In this document: in pieces, positions 16,710 through 26,825 of the stretch
How positions within the stretch are numbered: position 1 is the stretch's first letter
How the letters are laid out: the number at the start of each line of letters is the position of its first letter
Assembly: GCF_900232105.1 (NCBI RefSeq)
Contig: NZ_LT934425.1
Location: 2,790,001-2,822,000, forward strand
DNA length: 32,000 nt
Origin: Candidatus Kuenenia stuttgartensis
Lineage (GTDB): Bacteria > Planctomycetota > Brocadiia > Brocadiales > Brocadiaceae
Direction of reading: 5' to 3'
Notes under the pieces: model-generated
Seen by the model: only the letters and a program-made list of their open reading frames with translations
What the model was told of the DNA's origin: nothing
The model's database searches: none
Program-made: the position numbers and the translations under genes

Positions 16710-16931
16710 ATGATAAAAAAATTAGCCAAATTTAAACCCCGGTATGTTCTCGATAAGAAAGGTAAAAAAATTGCTGTTGTTTTTGATCTTCATGAATATC
16801 AATCTATTATAGAGTTTATTGAAGATGTCGAAGACTCCAGAGACCTATTAAAAGCGGAATTGAACGCCACCGACTTTACACCGTACGAGGAATTCCGGAA
16901 AAAATGGCTAAACCACAAGGTTATCAGATAA
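16710..16931 (+). CDS. Type II antitoxin (RelB/Phd-like)
   Basis: YVLDKKGKKIAVVFDLHEYQSIIEFIEDVEDSRDLLKAE. Overlaps the toxin ORF. Confidence 0.75.
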   Translation: MIKKLAKFKPRYVLDKKGKKIAVVFDLHEYQSIIEFIEDVEDSRDLLKAELNATDFTPYEEFRKKWLNHKVIR

Positions 16932-17173
16932 TTCTTGAAAAGAGGGCTAAGAAGGAAGCTGAGAACATTCCTCCGCCACAGAGACACAGAATTGACAAAG
17001 CCATTAGTTCTCTTTCGGTTAATCCAAGACCTGTCTCATGTAAAAAAATTACACAAAAAGAAGGTTATCGCATTCGTGCCGGAAACTATAGGATTCTTTA
17101 TACGATAGATGATAAAGCAAAGATAATCGTTATTTACCGCATAAAAGTAAAAGGCAAGGATACGTATAAATAA
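16904..17173 (+). CDS. RelE/ParE family toxin
   Basis: GYQIILEKRAKKEAENIPPPQRHRIDKAISSLSVNP ... GYRIRAGNYRILYTIDDKAKIIVIYRIKVKGKDTYK. Confidence 0.9.
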   Translation: MAKPQGYQIILEKRAKKEAENIPPPQRHRIDKAISSLSVNPRPVSCKKITQKEGYRIRAGNYRILYTIDDKAKIIVIYRIKVKGKDTYK

Positions 17174-17176
17174 ATT

Positions 17177-17279
17177 GATTATAACAAGGCGCAATACACA
17201 CTTTTTGTAAGTGTGGGAAACAGACCCTGGCGCCGGCATACCTCACTTAAAACACGCACCTGAAAGTCTTTGCAATCCA
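17177..17279 (+). repeat. Direct repeat copy B (see 16088..16176)
   Basis: Same sequence with aaaacacgcacct insert. Confidence 0.9.
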
Positions 17280-18070
17280 GACACTTGTATTGGCAGCAAT
17301 TCTGAAACATATGAGAGTAAAGGCCGCGCATATGAAAAAAACTTTATTTATATTTCTCGCCATATTCACAACCATATCTGCGGTGAATTTAAGAAATGTA
17401 TCTTCCGATGCTGAGACAAAGGAAATGAAACATAGCTCCGCGCTCAACGATGCCGGAAAGAAACACAACAGGCTTATCCATGAAAAGAGTCCGTATTTAC
17501 TGCAGCATGCAGACAACCCCGTAGACTGGTATGCCTGGGGGCCTGAGGCCTTTGAAAAAGCCAGGAAGGAAAACAAACCCATCTTCCTTTCCATTGGTTA
17601 TTCAACCTGTCACTGGTGCCACGTAATGGCGCACGAATCATTCGAAGATCCGGAGGTTGCCAGGTTAATGAATGAGGTATTTATCTGTATTAAGGTAGAT
17701 AGAGAAGAGCGGCCTGACATAGACAATATTTATATGCGTGTCTGCCAGATGATGACGGGCAGTGGCGGCTGGCCGCTTACTATTGTCATGACGCCTGACA
17801 AAAAACCCTTTTATGCCGGCACATATATCCCGAAGAAAAGCTATGGACGGATAGGCATGCTGGACCTGGTACCCCGTATCAAAGAATTATGGAACATACA
17901 ACACGCTGATATTCAAAAATCAGCCAATCTGATTACGGCCAGTCTTGGCCAGTTTTCTCATGACCCTTCAGAGGCAAGGCTTGACGCCTCTACCTTAAAG
18001 GCTGCATATGAGCTGCTCGCCAGGCGCTTTAGTGAGCAGCATGGCGGTTTCAGCACTTCGCCAAAATTCC

Positions 18071-20082
18071 CTAGCGTGAGTTTATCACGAAATAAGGTGT
18101 AAGACAAAGACATCAAGTTGCAATCCAATGATTTGTATCGGGTTGCGACTTTTTTTGTCTAAAAAATTATGTATACACTGAATAATACTATATTTATATT
18201 GCATTATATGCCTGTATATACTATTATACACGGAGTATTAATCTATTACGTATACACTAACAACTAATAGCCATGGCTACCATTCAATCTAAAAACTCCA
18301 GAGGTTATAAATATTGGTATATTGTCGAATCGCGGCGCGTTAACGGCAAGCCCAGGCCCATCGTCCTGGCCTATCTTGGCAAGGCAGACGATTTATTAAA
18401 ACAACTGCAAGGTCTTACCGAAAAATTACGGCTCAAATCTTATTCACATGGCGCGGTAGCCGCATTGCTAAGTGTGGCCAATGCCCTGGACGTCCCTTCC
18501 GTGATTAATAAATATATAAAGTCGCCACGGCAGTATTGTGCTAAAAAACCTGTTCGAAATAATCTGACCGCCGGAAGTACCCTCTTGTTGGGTGCCGTGG
18601 GGAGAGTGTGTGTGCCTACCAGCAAAAGAGGATGGTGGGATTGGGCAAAGACGACTACTGCCGAATACTTACTCAGACACAGCTTGAGTAAAATAGACAG
18701 TCAGCATTTCTGGGATTTGATGGATGCACTTCCTGAAGAATCCATTGCAGAAATCGAGCGCGAATTAATTGAAAAGACATTTAAAACATACAACCTTCAA
18801 AGCGACACACTGTTTTTTGATACAACCAATTTTTTCACGTATATCGACACAACTAATCTGCGATGCACTATTGCCCGGCGGGGGAAAAACAAACAAAAGC
18901 GATACGATCTCAGGCAGGTCGGGTTGGCGATGGTCGTTACACGTAACGACATGATACCGTTGTTTCACCATACCTATCAGGGGAACATGGCGGATGCAAA
19001 GGTGTTCAGCGCGGTTCTTGAGACGATAAAAGACAGGATGACCGGATTAGGTTTCGACAGCAAAAAGCACACTATTGTTTTTGATCGTGGAAACAATTCC
19101 ATGGACAATATGGCTATTGTAGAGAGATTGGCATTGCATTACGTTGGAGCGCTTACACCGTATCATCACAAGCAGTTGGTAGGGGATGCCATGTGTAATT
19201 TCAGGGAATATGACGTTGACGGCAGTAAGATACAGGTGTACCATGACAAACGGGTTATTTGGGGGCAGGAAAGAACCGTTGTCGTATTTATTTCCGAGAA
19301 ATTAAAGGTTGGGCAATTAAGGGGAATGTCTCAGTCTCTGGAAAAGGCAGAACATCAGTTAAAGCTCTTACAGCAGCATCTGTGTAATCCAAAGGGAAAG
19401 ATGCGGGACAAAGAGGGTCTGGAGGATACGATAAGAAGTGTAGTGAAATGTCAATTTGCGAAGGATGTTATCGATTGGTCGTTAAAAGAGGTATCTGAAG
19501 GCAAGTTTCAATTGAATTTTTCAATCGACCAGAAAAAGCTCGAAGAAATAGAAGGGGAACTGGGGTTCAGGATTCTTATGACAGACCATCACGATTGGGA
19601 TACCGCGGACATTATAAAAGCCTACTATGGGCAATCAAAAATTGAACATGCCTTTAGAAATCTCAAGAACCCCTATCACCTTGCTTTAAAACCGCAATTT
19701 CACTGGACGGATCAGAAAATCAGGGTGCATTTTTTTATTTGCGTCCTCGGATACCTAATGGCGGCGATTGTGTGGTATCAGGCAAAAGCGCACGCACAAT
19801 TTAGTGGAACGTTAGATACCCTGTTAGACACCCTTAATAATATAAGGCTTTCTGCTATGCTTGAAGAAACAAAGGCCAGAGGGAGAGTTAAGGCTACCTA
19901 CAAATTGGAAGAAATGTCCGACAAGGAATCTCTGTTGATGAATGCGTTAGGCATTATGGATTTCCACAAACATCGGCTGAAACTTCAAGGACTCAGTGTA
20001 TACAATTGATGTTGTGCTTAACGCATTGACTGTATTTATGTTACGTTGCTTCATGCCTTATTTTGTGATAAACTCACGCTAG
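18071..20082 (+). mobile_element. Insertion sequence, IS1634-like (IS4 superfamily), 2012 bp
   Basis: Terminal inverted repeats CTAGCGTGAGTTTATCAC[G/A]AAATAAGG at both ends; transposase inside. Confidence 0.9.
18273..20009 (+). CDS. IS1634-family transposase
   Basis: 578 aa; YKYWYIVESRRVNGKPRPIVLAYLGK ... LFFDTTNFFTYIDTTN ... ILMTDHHDWDTADIIKAYYGQSKIEHAFRNLKNP. Confidence 0.9.
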   Translation: MATIQSKNSRGYKYWYIVESRRVNGKPRPIVLAYLGKADDLLKQLQGLTEKLRLKSYSHGAVAALLSVANALDVPSVINKYIKSPRQYCAKKPVRNNLTAGSTLLLGAVGRVCVPTSKRGWWDWAKTTTAEYLLRHSLSKIDSQHFWDLMDALPEESIAEIERELIEKTFKTYNLQSDTLFFDTTNFFTYIDTTNLRCTIARRGKNKQKRYDLRQVGLAMVVTRNDMIPLFHHTYQGNMADAKVFSAVLETIKDRMTGLGFDSKKHTIVFDRGNNSMDNMAIVERLALHYVGALTPYHHKQLVGDAMCNFREYDVDGSKIQVYHDKRVIWGQERTVVVFISEKLKVGQLRGMSQSLEKAEHQLKLLQQHLCNPKGKMRDKEGLEDTIRSVVKCQFAKDVIDWSLKEVSEGKFQLNFSIDQKKLEEIEGELGFRILMTDHHDWDTADIIKAYYGQSKIEHAFRNLKNPYHLALKPQFHWTDQKIRVHFFICVLGYLMAAIVWYQAKAHAQFSGTLDTLLDTLNNIRLSAMLEETKARGRVKATYKLEEMSDKESLLMNALGIMDFHKHRLKLQGLSVYN

Positions 20083-21789
20083 CCCCCAAAACCTTCTCTT
20101 CTTACTGCGCTACTGGAAGAGTACGGGCGAAGGGAATGCCCTTAGGATGGTGGTCAAAACCCTCCATTCCATGCGGAAAGGCGGCATATACGACCACATC
20201 GGATATGGTTTTCATCGATATTCTACTGACCCCGAATGGCTCGTCCCCCATTTTGAAAAAATGCTTTATGATCAGGCAATGCTGGCAATGGCATATACAG
20301 AGGCATATCTGGCAACGGGGAGGAAAGAATTCGGTGAGACCGCAAAAGAGATATTTGCATACGTTATGCGTGACATGACAGACCCGAAAGGAGGATTCTG
20401 CTCTGCCGAGGATGCTGACAGCGAGGGTAAGGAGGGGAAGTTTTATGTCTGGACAGAAGAGGAGATTCGCCATGCCCTCAAAGAAGATGATGCAAACCTG
20501 ATTATCAATGTATTTAACATCGAAAAGGCAGGTAATTTCAAAGATGAAATAGCCGGCAGGAATACGGGAGACAACATCCTGCATCTGAAAAAAAGCCTTG
20601 CAGAAATAGCCTTAGAGAATAAGACATCATTGGATGAACTCAAAGAACGTGTCGAAACTGCCAGAAGGAAATTGTTTGCTGTGCGCAGTAAAAGAATTCG
20701 TCCGCACAAGGATGATAAAATATTGACAGACTGGAACGGGCTAATGATAGCTGCCCTGGCAAAAGGGGCGCAGGCATTTGATGCGCCGGAATATTTGGCT
20801 GCGGCAAAACGTGCGGCAGACTTTATTCTTTCGGACATGCGCAGGCAGGATGGAAGATTGCTGCACCGTTACCGTGGCGGCCAGGCAGGCATACCGGCCT
20901 TTGCAGATGATTACGCCTTCTTTATATGGGGACTACTTGAACTCTATGAAACAAACTTCAATGTAAATTATCTCCGGACAGCGCTGGACCTGAACAGTGA
21001 CATGATAAAACATTTCTGGGATAATCAAAACGGTGGTTTTTATTTTACTGCGGATGATGCAGAGGACCTTATCGTTCGGCAGAAAGAAGTCTACGACGGC
21101 GCCATACCATCCGGGAATTCAGTAGCGGCCCTGAACTTATTCAGGCTTGCGAGAATCACCGCAGACCCTGAGCTTGAAGAGAAGGCAAATAAAACAATGC
21201 TCGCCTTTTCCACGGAGGTGAAAAAAATGCCTGCCGGTTACACACAGATGATGATAGGGCTTAGTTTCGGAATAGGCCCTGCTTATGAGATTATCATAGC
21301 AGGCAACCCGCGCGCAGTGGACACCAGGGACATGCTTAATACTCTCAGAAGACATTTTATACCCAATAAGATCGTACTCTTAAGACCGACAGATGAAGAA
21401 ACCCCGGAGATCACCAGAATCGCCAAATTCACAGAGCATCAATCAGGCATAGACGGCAAAGCTACCGCTTATATCTGCCGTGATTACACATGTAAGATGC
21501 CTGTGACAGATACGAAAGAAATGCTTAAACTGCTCAAAGAATAGGGAACACTTCCCGTATTTCATTATAGCCCGCCGCTTCTTTTATATTTGCGGTTTAT
21601 GTATTATGTGTATACCGGATTTGTCCCGCCTATCCTTCTGGCAAGGGATTCTTCTTGTTCAGGCGTCACAAGTATATGGACGTGGTCTGTCATAAGACAG
21701 TATGGGGTGCATTCCCGATTTTTTGTATATCTTCACACATTTTGTTTTTTTACAAAGAATTGTAATACTTTAGTCCTATGAAAAAAACC

Positions 21790-22016
21790 GCTCGTTCCCA
21801 AGCTCCGGCTTGGGAACGTAATTGTGTTGGAAGCTCCAGCTTCGAATGGAAAAGGGAATGAACCCATTATGTCAGCTTGGAGGCTTTTCAGTATGTTACC
21901 CAAGATATTTGGGAACCTCTTTTGAATCGAATAATACATGAAGCTTCGCTTGCCGGCTAAATGGAAGCTAGAGCTTCCAACACAATTACGTTCCCAAGCC
22001 GGAGCTTGAGAACGAG
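21790..22016. repeat. Long imperfect inverted repeat (about 53-bp arms), each arm itself containing a palindrome
   Basis: Left arm 21790..21842 gctcgttcccaagctccggcttgggaacgtaattgtgttggaagctccagcttc; right arm 21964..22016 is its near reverse complement. Confidence 0.85.
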
Positions 22017-22054
22017 CATTTTTGTTTTTCAAAAATCTAAACTGTTACAAAAAA

Positions 22055-22236
22055 TCAGGAATGCTCCCAACAGTATGCCCAAATATCCAACCCCCGTTTT
22101 TTGCTATAGACACTGAGAGTTTTTAGATAAAACGCCTTGTCTTCATCGTCAAAAAAGACGTCTCCCTGATTGTTTCCACGTTGAGTGATATGGTGCGGAT
22201 AATTCACAGCGCATACTCTCGCTATTTTTTTGGCAT
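22055..22236 (-). pseudogene. N-terminal fragment of an IS200-like/RAYT Y1 transposase
   Basis: MPKK-(frameshift)-IARVCAVNYPHHITQRGNNQGDVFFDDEDKAFYLKTLSVYSKKRGLDIWAYC; ends before the HUH motif. Confidence 0.8.
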
Positions 22237-22553
22237 ACAGAGGAAAATATCACACCTTAAAGTGCATGTCAAAAATATGGGAAGTGTCCCTCCAATTCCT
22301 GTAATGCATCGCGCAGCCTTTGGGCATTTCGAAATGCGAATTTGTGTAACACTTTAGCTTTTTGAAAAATTCCTACAATAACGATATACCGTATTAATGC
22401 ATCAGGAGCAAGGATGCTCCGGCATATCTTAGTTTTTTGAAAATGTAGCGCTGATCCCTTGTGGTAGGCTTGTGCGGGGGATAAACCTCCCGCGCTACGT
22501 ATTCTGTTTAGTACTTATCAAATTCCCCTCATGGAAGGGGTAAGGGCTTATGT

Positions 22554-23130
22554 TTATACACATCTTTTTCCATTCCGTGTTTTCGGTTGCACAGGCCCAA
22601 AGGCTTTCCAGGCCAATGTGAAGTCTACCATTCGTTGCAGGCCAACCCACATGGTTTTTTGGCCTGGTGAGCCATCGCATTTGCGATTTAAGTATCCTCC
22701 CAGACTTGATACCATTACGGTAAAGTCTCCGGGCGATGGCGGGGTTTCGGGTGGAGCTTCATTTTTGGCAATCATATACACGGGTTTCCATTCATCATCC
22801 TCTAAAAGTGCTGTACACGGCAAATCCGGGCATTCCCTTCCAAACATGGTAACAAACAATACCCGCCATGCTACTATCATATAAAGAGCAATACACGGCT
22901 TGATACGCTCCGCTGTCTCCAATTGGCGCTCTTCTATCTTGCAACCGCTCTTTAATACTTTAAAATATATCTCTATCTGCCATCGGCAAAGGTAACATTC
23001 CACCACGAGACACGCTTGCCTGAAGGTGTCTGCGGGGAGGCTGGTGAGCAGCAACCAGGCGATCGGCTCTTCTCCTCCGGGAGGATTGATCTCTTCACTG
23101 AAGGGCGTCGTGGGTAAACGACCTTCCGCA
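22554..23130 (-). pseudogene. C-terminal part of an IS4-family (Tn5/IS50-like) transposase
   Basis: TPFSEEINPPGGEEPIAWLLLTSLPADTFRQACLVVECYLCRWQIEIYFKVLKSGCKIEERQLETAERIKPCIALYMIVAWRV; the N-terminal catalytic portion is absent. Confidence 0.85.
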
Positions 23131-23504
23131 TAATCGCTCTGGTATTCCTTTATTCATCCATCATCTCCTTGTAATGCAGTTTGTATTTACTCAAAAAGAT
23201 AATTATAATTATTCAGTGTTTCTGTACCCAGCTAAATTTCTTAATATATCTTCTCCCTCGCCACAATGACTCTAAGGAAACGAAAAAGATGTGTATAAAC
23301 ATAAGGGGTAAGGGGTGGGTAAAAGTGAATGTTGTTGGGTTTTTGTCTTTTATAACCCAACCTAATTTATATTCGTTTATTATGACTTTGGCGTTGCCGT
23401 GGCGTAGAATGCTTTTAACTTGCATTCACCAACATGTTATGATATACAGTTGTGAACATTTTCTTTACGTATTTTGAAGGGCTACCGTTTAATAAAAAGG
23501 AAGT

Positions 23505-24401
23505 ATTACTATCCAGAAAAATATACCGGATGTTTCTCATCCGTGGTTCTACCTTGTATTTTTTGTTGCGGGATTAGTGGTAGGGAGTTTTCTCAATGTC
23601 TGTATCTATCGAATCCCGAAGAATAAATCCTTGATACATCCCCGCTCATTTTGCCCGCACTGCAAGGTGTCTATCAATTGGTTTGATAATATTCCTGTTA
23701 TTAGTTATATGTTTCTGCTTGGGCGTTGCCGGGCATGCGGAAACAGGTTATCAATACGTTATCCGCTCGTAGAATTGCTGACAGGTTGTGCTTTTTTACA
23801 ACTGTATTATATTTTTATTGTATGCCGAAGTGAATCTTTCTGTGTGCTTTTTGGATATCTGGCTCTTTGTTGTGCGCTGATAATATCTGCCTTTGTTGAT
23901 CTTGAATTACGCATAATTCCCAACGAAATCACCTTTATCGGTATTCCGGTCTTTGTTGTTTTAAGTATTGTATGTCCGGATCTGCATCATGCACAGAATA
24001 CATTGAGAAGATTTACCTTTATTGACATACACCGGCTAGACTCGTTTATTGCCTCGCTCATCGGTATTTTTACCGGAGGCGGACTCATTTTCCTATGCGG
24101 TGTGATGGGAAAACTTCTTTTTAAAAAAGATGCCATGGGTTTTGGCGATGTAAAACTTATGGGTATGATTGGCGCTGTTGTCGGCTGGAAGCTGGCGGTG
24201 GCGGTATTTTTTGTTGCGCCATTTTTCGGACTTCTGATGGCAATCCCCGTATTTGTGTTTAAAAAAAGCCATTTGATCCCTTACGGGCCGTTTTTATCGA
24301 TAGCTGCTTTGGTATGCATCTGTTTTCAGGATTATTTTATAGGGCAAATCAATTTATATATACTGGTATTCCGTGTTTTTTTAAATGGTTTTCCTGCCTA
24401 A
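23505..24401 (+). CDS. Prepilin peptidase (A24 family, PilD/GspO-like)
   Basis: WFYLVFFVAGLVVGSFLNVCIYRIP, CPHCKVSINWFDNIPVISY, CRACGNRLSIRYPLVE, GFGDVKLMGMIG. Homology extends upstream of the provided GTG start (23577). No ATG/GTG/TTG exists between the TAA at 23493 and 23577. Confidence 0.85.
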   Translation: MTIQKNIPDVSHPWFYLVFFVAGLVVGSFLNVCIYRIPKNKSLIHPRSFCPHCKVSINWFDNIPVISYMFLLGRCRACGNRLSIRYPLVELLTGCAFLQLYYIFIVCRSESFCVLFGYLALCCALIISAFVDLELRIIPNEITFIGIPVFVVLSIVCPDLHHAQNTLRRFTFIDIHRLDSFIASLIGIFTGGGLIFLCGVMGKLLFKKDAMGFGDVKLMGMIGAVVGWKLAVAVFFVAPFFGLLMAIPVFVFKKSHLIPYGPFLSIAALVCICFQDYFIGQINLYILVFRVFLNGFPA

Positions 24402-24459
24402 AAATGCGGTATTTATCCTGTCAAAGCACCTATAGTCAAACAAATCTGATTTTTGAAAA

Positions 24460-24532
24460 GTAGGGGTTAAGCATTTGCCAGTTTGGGTATGAACTTATTT
24501 ATGACAATTTATAGCAAATGCTTCGCCCCTAC
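24460..24532. repeat. 73-bp palindromic element (GTAGGGG..AAGCATTTGCC family)
   Basis: gtaggggttaagcatttgccagtttgggtatgaac...gcaaatgcttcgcccctac. Confidence 0.9.
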
Positions 24533-24680
24533 ACTATACGGCAAACATCACTATTATTGGAATTTTTCAAAAAACTACAGTGTTACCAAAAAGAATGTAT
24601 TTTTATAATGAGAAACTGCTTTGCGGTTTTCTGTATCCCTTAATTTCTAGTGGCATTGCTCGTGAAAGGAAAAAAAGAAT

Positions 24681-25328
24681 ATGTTAAAAAAGGTTGGATT
24701 GATGCGGGGTATTTGTCTTTTGGGAATGTTCGGAATGTTTGCGGTGGGAACAGGGTGTGGCGAGCTTAAGCAATTACGCGTTGAAAATCAGCAGTTGAGC
24801 CAGAGCCTTGCCAGTCTGCAGCAGGAAAACGCGAACCTTTCGGCGACGGCAAGCAGGTACGAAAGCGAACTCAACAGGCTTGAAAATTCGAGACGGGATC
24901 TTGAGTCAAAGCTGGCAGGCACAGGAGCAATCACAAAAATAAAGGACGGCTCTGTTTCTATTGTATTGCCAGACTCAATACTCTTTGATCCTGGACAAAC
25001 GAAATTACGTGAACAGTCAAAGGCGACTTTGAAAAAAATAGCCGGAATATTGAAAACCGATATTTCAAATGAAATGGTAAGGATAGAAGGGCATACGGAT
25101 AGTGATCCTATTCAAAAGCAAAAAGATAAATACCCTTCAAACTGGGAACTTTCAACCGCAAGGGCAAACTCTGTTTTGCATTATTTGGTAGATGAATGCG
25201 GCATTTCTCCCACAAGGGTATATGTTGCCGGGTTTGGGCAATTTCAGCCCATTTCGGACAATAAAACAAAGGCAGGCAAGGCGCAAAACCGCCGTGTAGA
25301 GTTTGTTATTATTAGCGGGGGTGGCTGA
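24681..25328 (+). CDS. OmpA/MotB C-terminal domain lipoprotein with coiled coil
   Basis: Lipobox-like VGTGC, heptad region, then RIEGHTDSDPIQ...LSTARANSVLHYLVDECGISPTRVYVAGFGQFQPISDNKTKAGKAQNRRVEFVI. Confidence 0.85.
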   Translation: MLKKVGLMRGICLLGMFGMFAVGTGCGELKQLRVENQQLSQSLASLQQENANLSATASRYESELNRLENSRRDLESKLAGTGAITKIKDGSVSIVLPDSILFDPGQTKLREQSKATLKKIAGILKTDISNEMVRIEGHTDSDPIQKQKDKYPSNWELSTARANSVLHYLVDECGISPTRVYVAGFGQFQPISDNKTKAGKAQNRRVEFVIISGGG

Positions 25329-25338
25329 AACGCACTGC

Positions 25339-25962
25339 ATGATTACCGTTGTCGATTATGGGATGGGGAACCTTCGCAGCGTAGAGAAAGGGTTCGAACG
25401 GTTTGGTTTTGAAGTCAAGGTAAGCGACAATCCAAACGATATCAAACATACTGACAAGCTGGTGCTGCCAGGGGTAGGCGCCTTCAAGGATGCCATGATC
25501 GGATTACAGAAGAGAGGATTAATAGAACCCATCATTGACTTTGTCCGGCGCGGGAAACCATTTCTGGGCATATGCCTCGGTCTTCAGTTGTTGTTTTCAC
25601 GAAGTTGTGAAGATGGTGAGCACATGGGGCTGGACATTATCCCGGGCAAGGTAATTCGATTTGATTTTTCCGGCAGGCAAACAAATGAAAAATTAAAAAT
25701 TCCCCACATGGGCTGGAATCAGATTGATATTGTCAGGCAGGATAATCCCCTCCTGAAAAACGTTCCTTGTAACTCGTATATGTATTTTGTGCACTCGTAC
25801 TATGTATGCCCTGAAGATAAAAATGTTGTTGCTACGGAAACGGAATATGGTGTGCGATTTACTTCAATGATATGGCACAAAAACATTTTTGCCACGCAAT
25901 TTCATCCTGAAAAAAGTCAAAAATACGGCCTTGCCATACTTGAAAACTTTGGGAATTTATAG
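25339..25962 (+). CDS. hisH: Imidazole glycerol phosphate synthase subunit HisH
   Basis: MITVVDYGMGNLRSVEKGFERFG, LVLPGVGAFKDAM, KPFLGICLGLQLLF, HNIFATQFHPEKSQ-type glutaminase motifs. Confidence 0.95.
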   Translation: MITVVDYGMGNLRSVEKGFERFGFEVKVSDNPNDIKHTDKLVLPGVGAFKDAMIGLQKRGLIEPIIDFVRRGKPFLGICLGLQLLFSRSCEDGEHMGLDIIPGKVIRFDFSGRQTNEKLKIPHMGWNQIDIVRQDNPLLKNVPCNSYMYFVHSYYVCPEDKNVVATETEYGVRFTSMIWHKNIFATQFHPEKSQKYGLAILENFGNL

Positions 25963-25963
25963 T

Positions 25964-26036
25964 GTAGGGGTGAAGCATTTACCATAAACTGTCATAAATG
26001 CGTTCATACCCAAGCTGGCAAATGCTTCGCCCCTAC
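25964..26036. repeat. 73-bp palindromic element, inverted copy of 24460..24532
   Basis: Reverse complement gtaggggcgaagcatttgccagcttgggtatgaacgcatttatgacag... aligns along its full length. Confidence 0.9.
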
Positions 26037-26093
26037 ACAACCCTGTATGGGTTTGTTTGTGTTTTTTAACCTTTAAACATCTGACCTTATCCT

Positions 26094-26825
26094 ATGATTA
26101 TTTTTCCGGCAATCGACTTAAAAGGCGGGAAATGTGTGCGATTAACCCAGGGGAAAAAAGACGAAGAAACCGTCTTTTCCGATGACCCCGTGGATATGGC
26201 GAAATCATGGGAAGATCAGGGTGCACAGTATCTGCATGTGGTTGACCTTGACGGGGCATTTGACGGGCTGCCTAAAAATCTTTCTATCGTAGAACAGATT
26301 GTCAACAACATAAACATTCCCATCGAATTCGGCGGCGGTTTAAGGACCACTGAATCAGTAAAATCCGTGCTAGGCCTCGGTGTGGAAAGGGTAATAATAG
26401 GAACAAAGGCCATCGATTCCCCATCATGGGTTGAAGAACTTTGTTCCCTATTTCCCGGGCGTGTCGCGGTTGGCATTGACGCGAAAAACGGCAAAGTTGC
26501 CGTGCATGGATGGACGTCTCTCAGTGAAAAAACTGCCATAGATTTCGCACGAGAGATGGAGAAATTCTCGCCATGCGCGATTATTTTTACTGACATTTCA
26601 AAAGATGGAATGCTTCAGGGACCAAACATTGAAAGCCTGAAGGAACTTTTATCCTCTATAAAAACCCCGGTAATTGCTTCCGGAGGAATATCCTCGCTCA
26701 AAGATATTGAATACATCTGTCAATTGCCAGTAGAGGGTATGATTGTGGGAAAGGCGCTCTACACGGGACACATTAAATTCTCAGAGGCGAAGCAATTGTG
26801 CGATTCGATTTGCCTGAATAAATAA
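26094..26825 (+). CDS. hisA: Phosphoribosylformimino-5-aminoimidazole carboxamide ribotide isomerase HisA
   Basis: MIIFPAIDLKGGKCVRLTQG, LHVVDLDGAF, IEFGGGLRT, DISKDGMLQGPN. Confidence 0.95.
   Translation: MIIFPAIDLKGGKCVRLTQGKKDEETVFSDDPVDMAKSWEDQGAQYLHVVDLDGAFDGLPKNLSIVEQIVNNINIPIEFGGGLRTTESVKSVLGLGVERVIIGTKAIDSPSWVEELCSLFPGRVAVGIDAKNGKVAVHGWTSLSEKTAIDFAREMEKFSPCAIIFTDISKDGMLQGPNIESLKELLSSIKTPVIASGGISSLKDIEYICQLPVEGMIVGKALYTGHIKFSEAKQLCDSICLNK

Larger units (their letters stand above)
17290..21544 (+). pseudogene. YyaL/SPATA20-like thioredoxin-domain (DUF255) protein, interrupted by IS element at 18071..20082
   Basis: 5' part [48 protein letters not shown] ... [11 protein letters not shown]. 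3' part NLLFLLRYWKSTGEGNALRMVVKTLHSMRKGGIYDHIGYGFHRYSTDPEWLVPHFEKMLYDQA ... to 21544. Confidence 0.9.

Noticed and set aside
17211-17414. 67-aa ORF starting in the direct repeat (METDPGAG...)
   Set aside because: It overlaps the start of the YyaL-like gene in another frame and has no family support.
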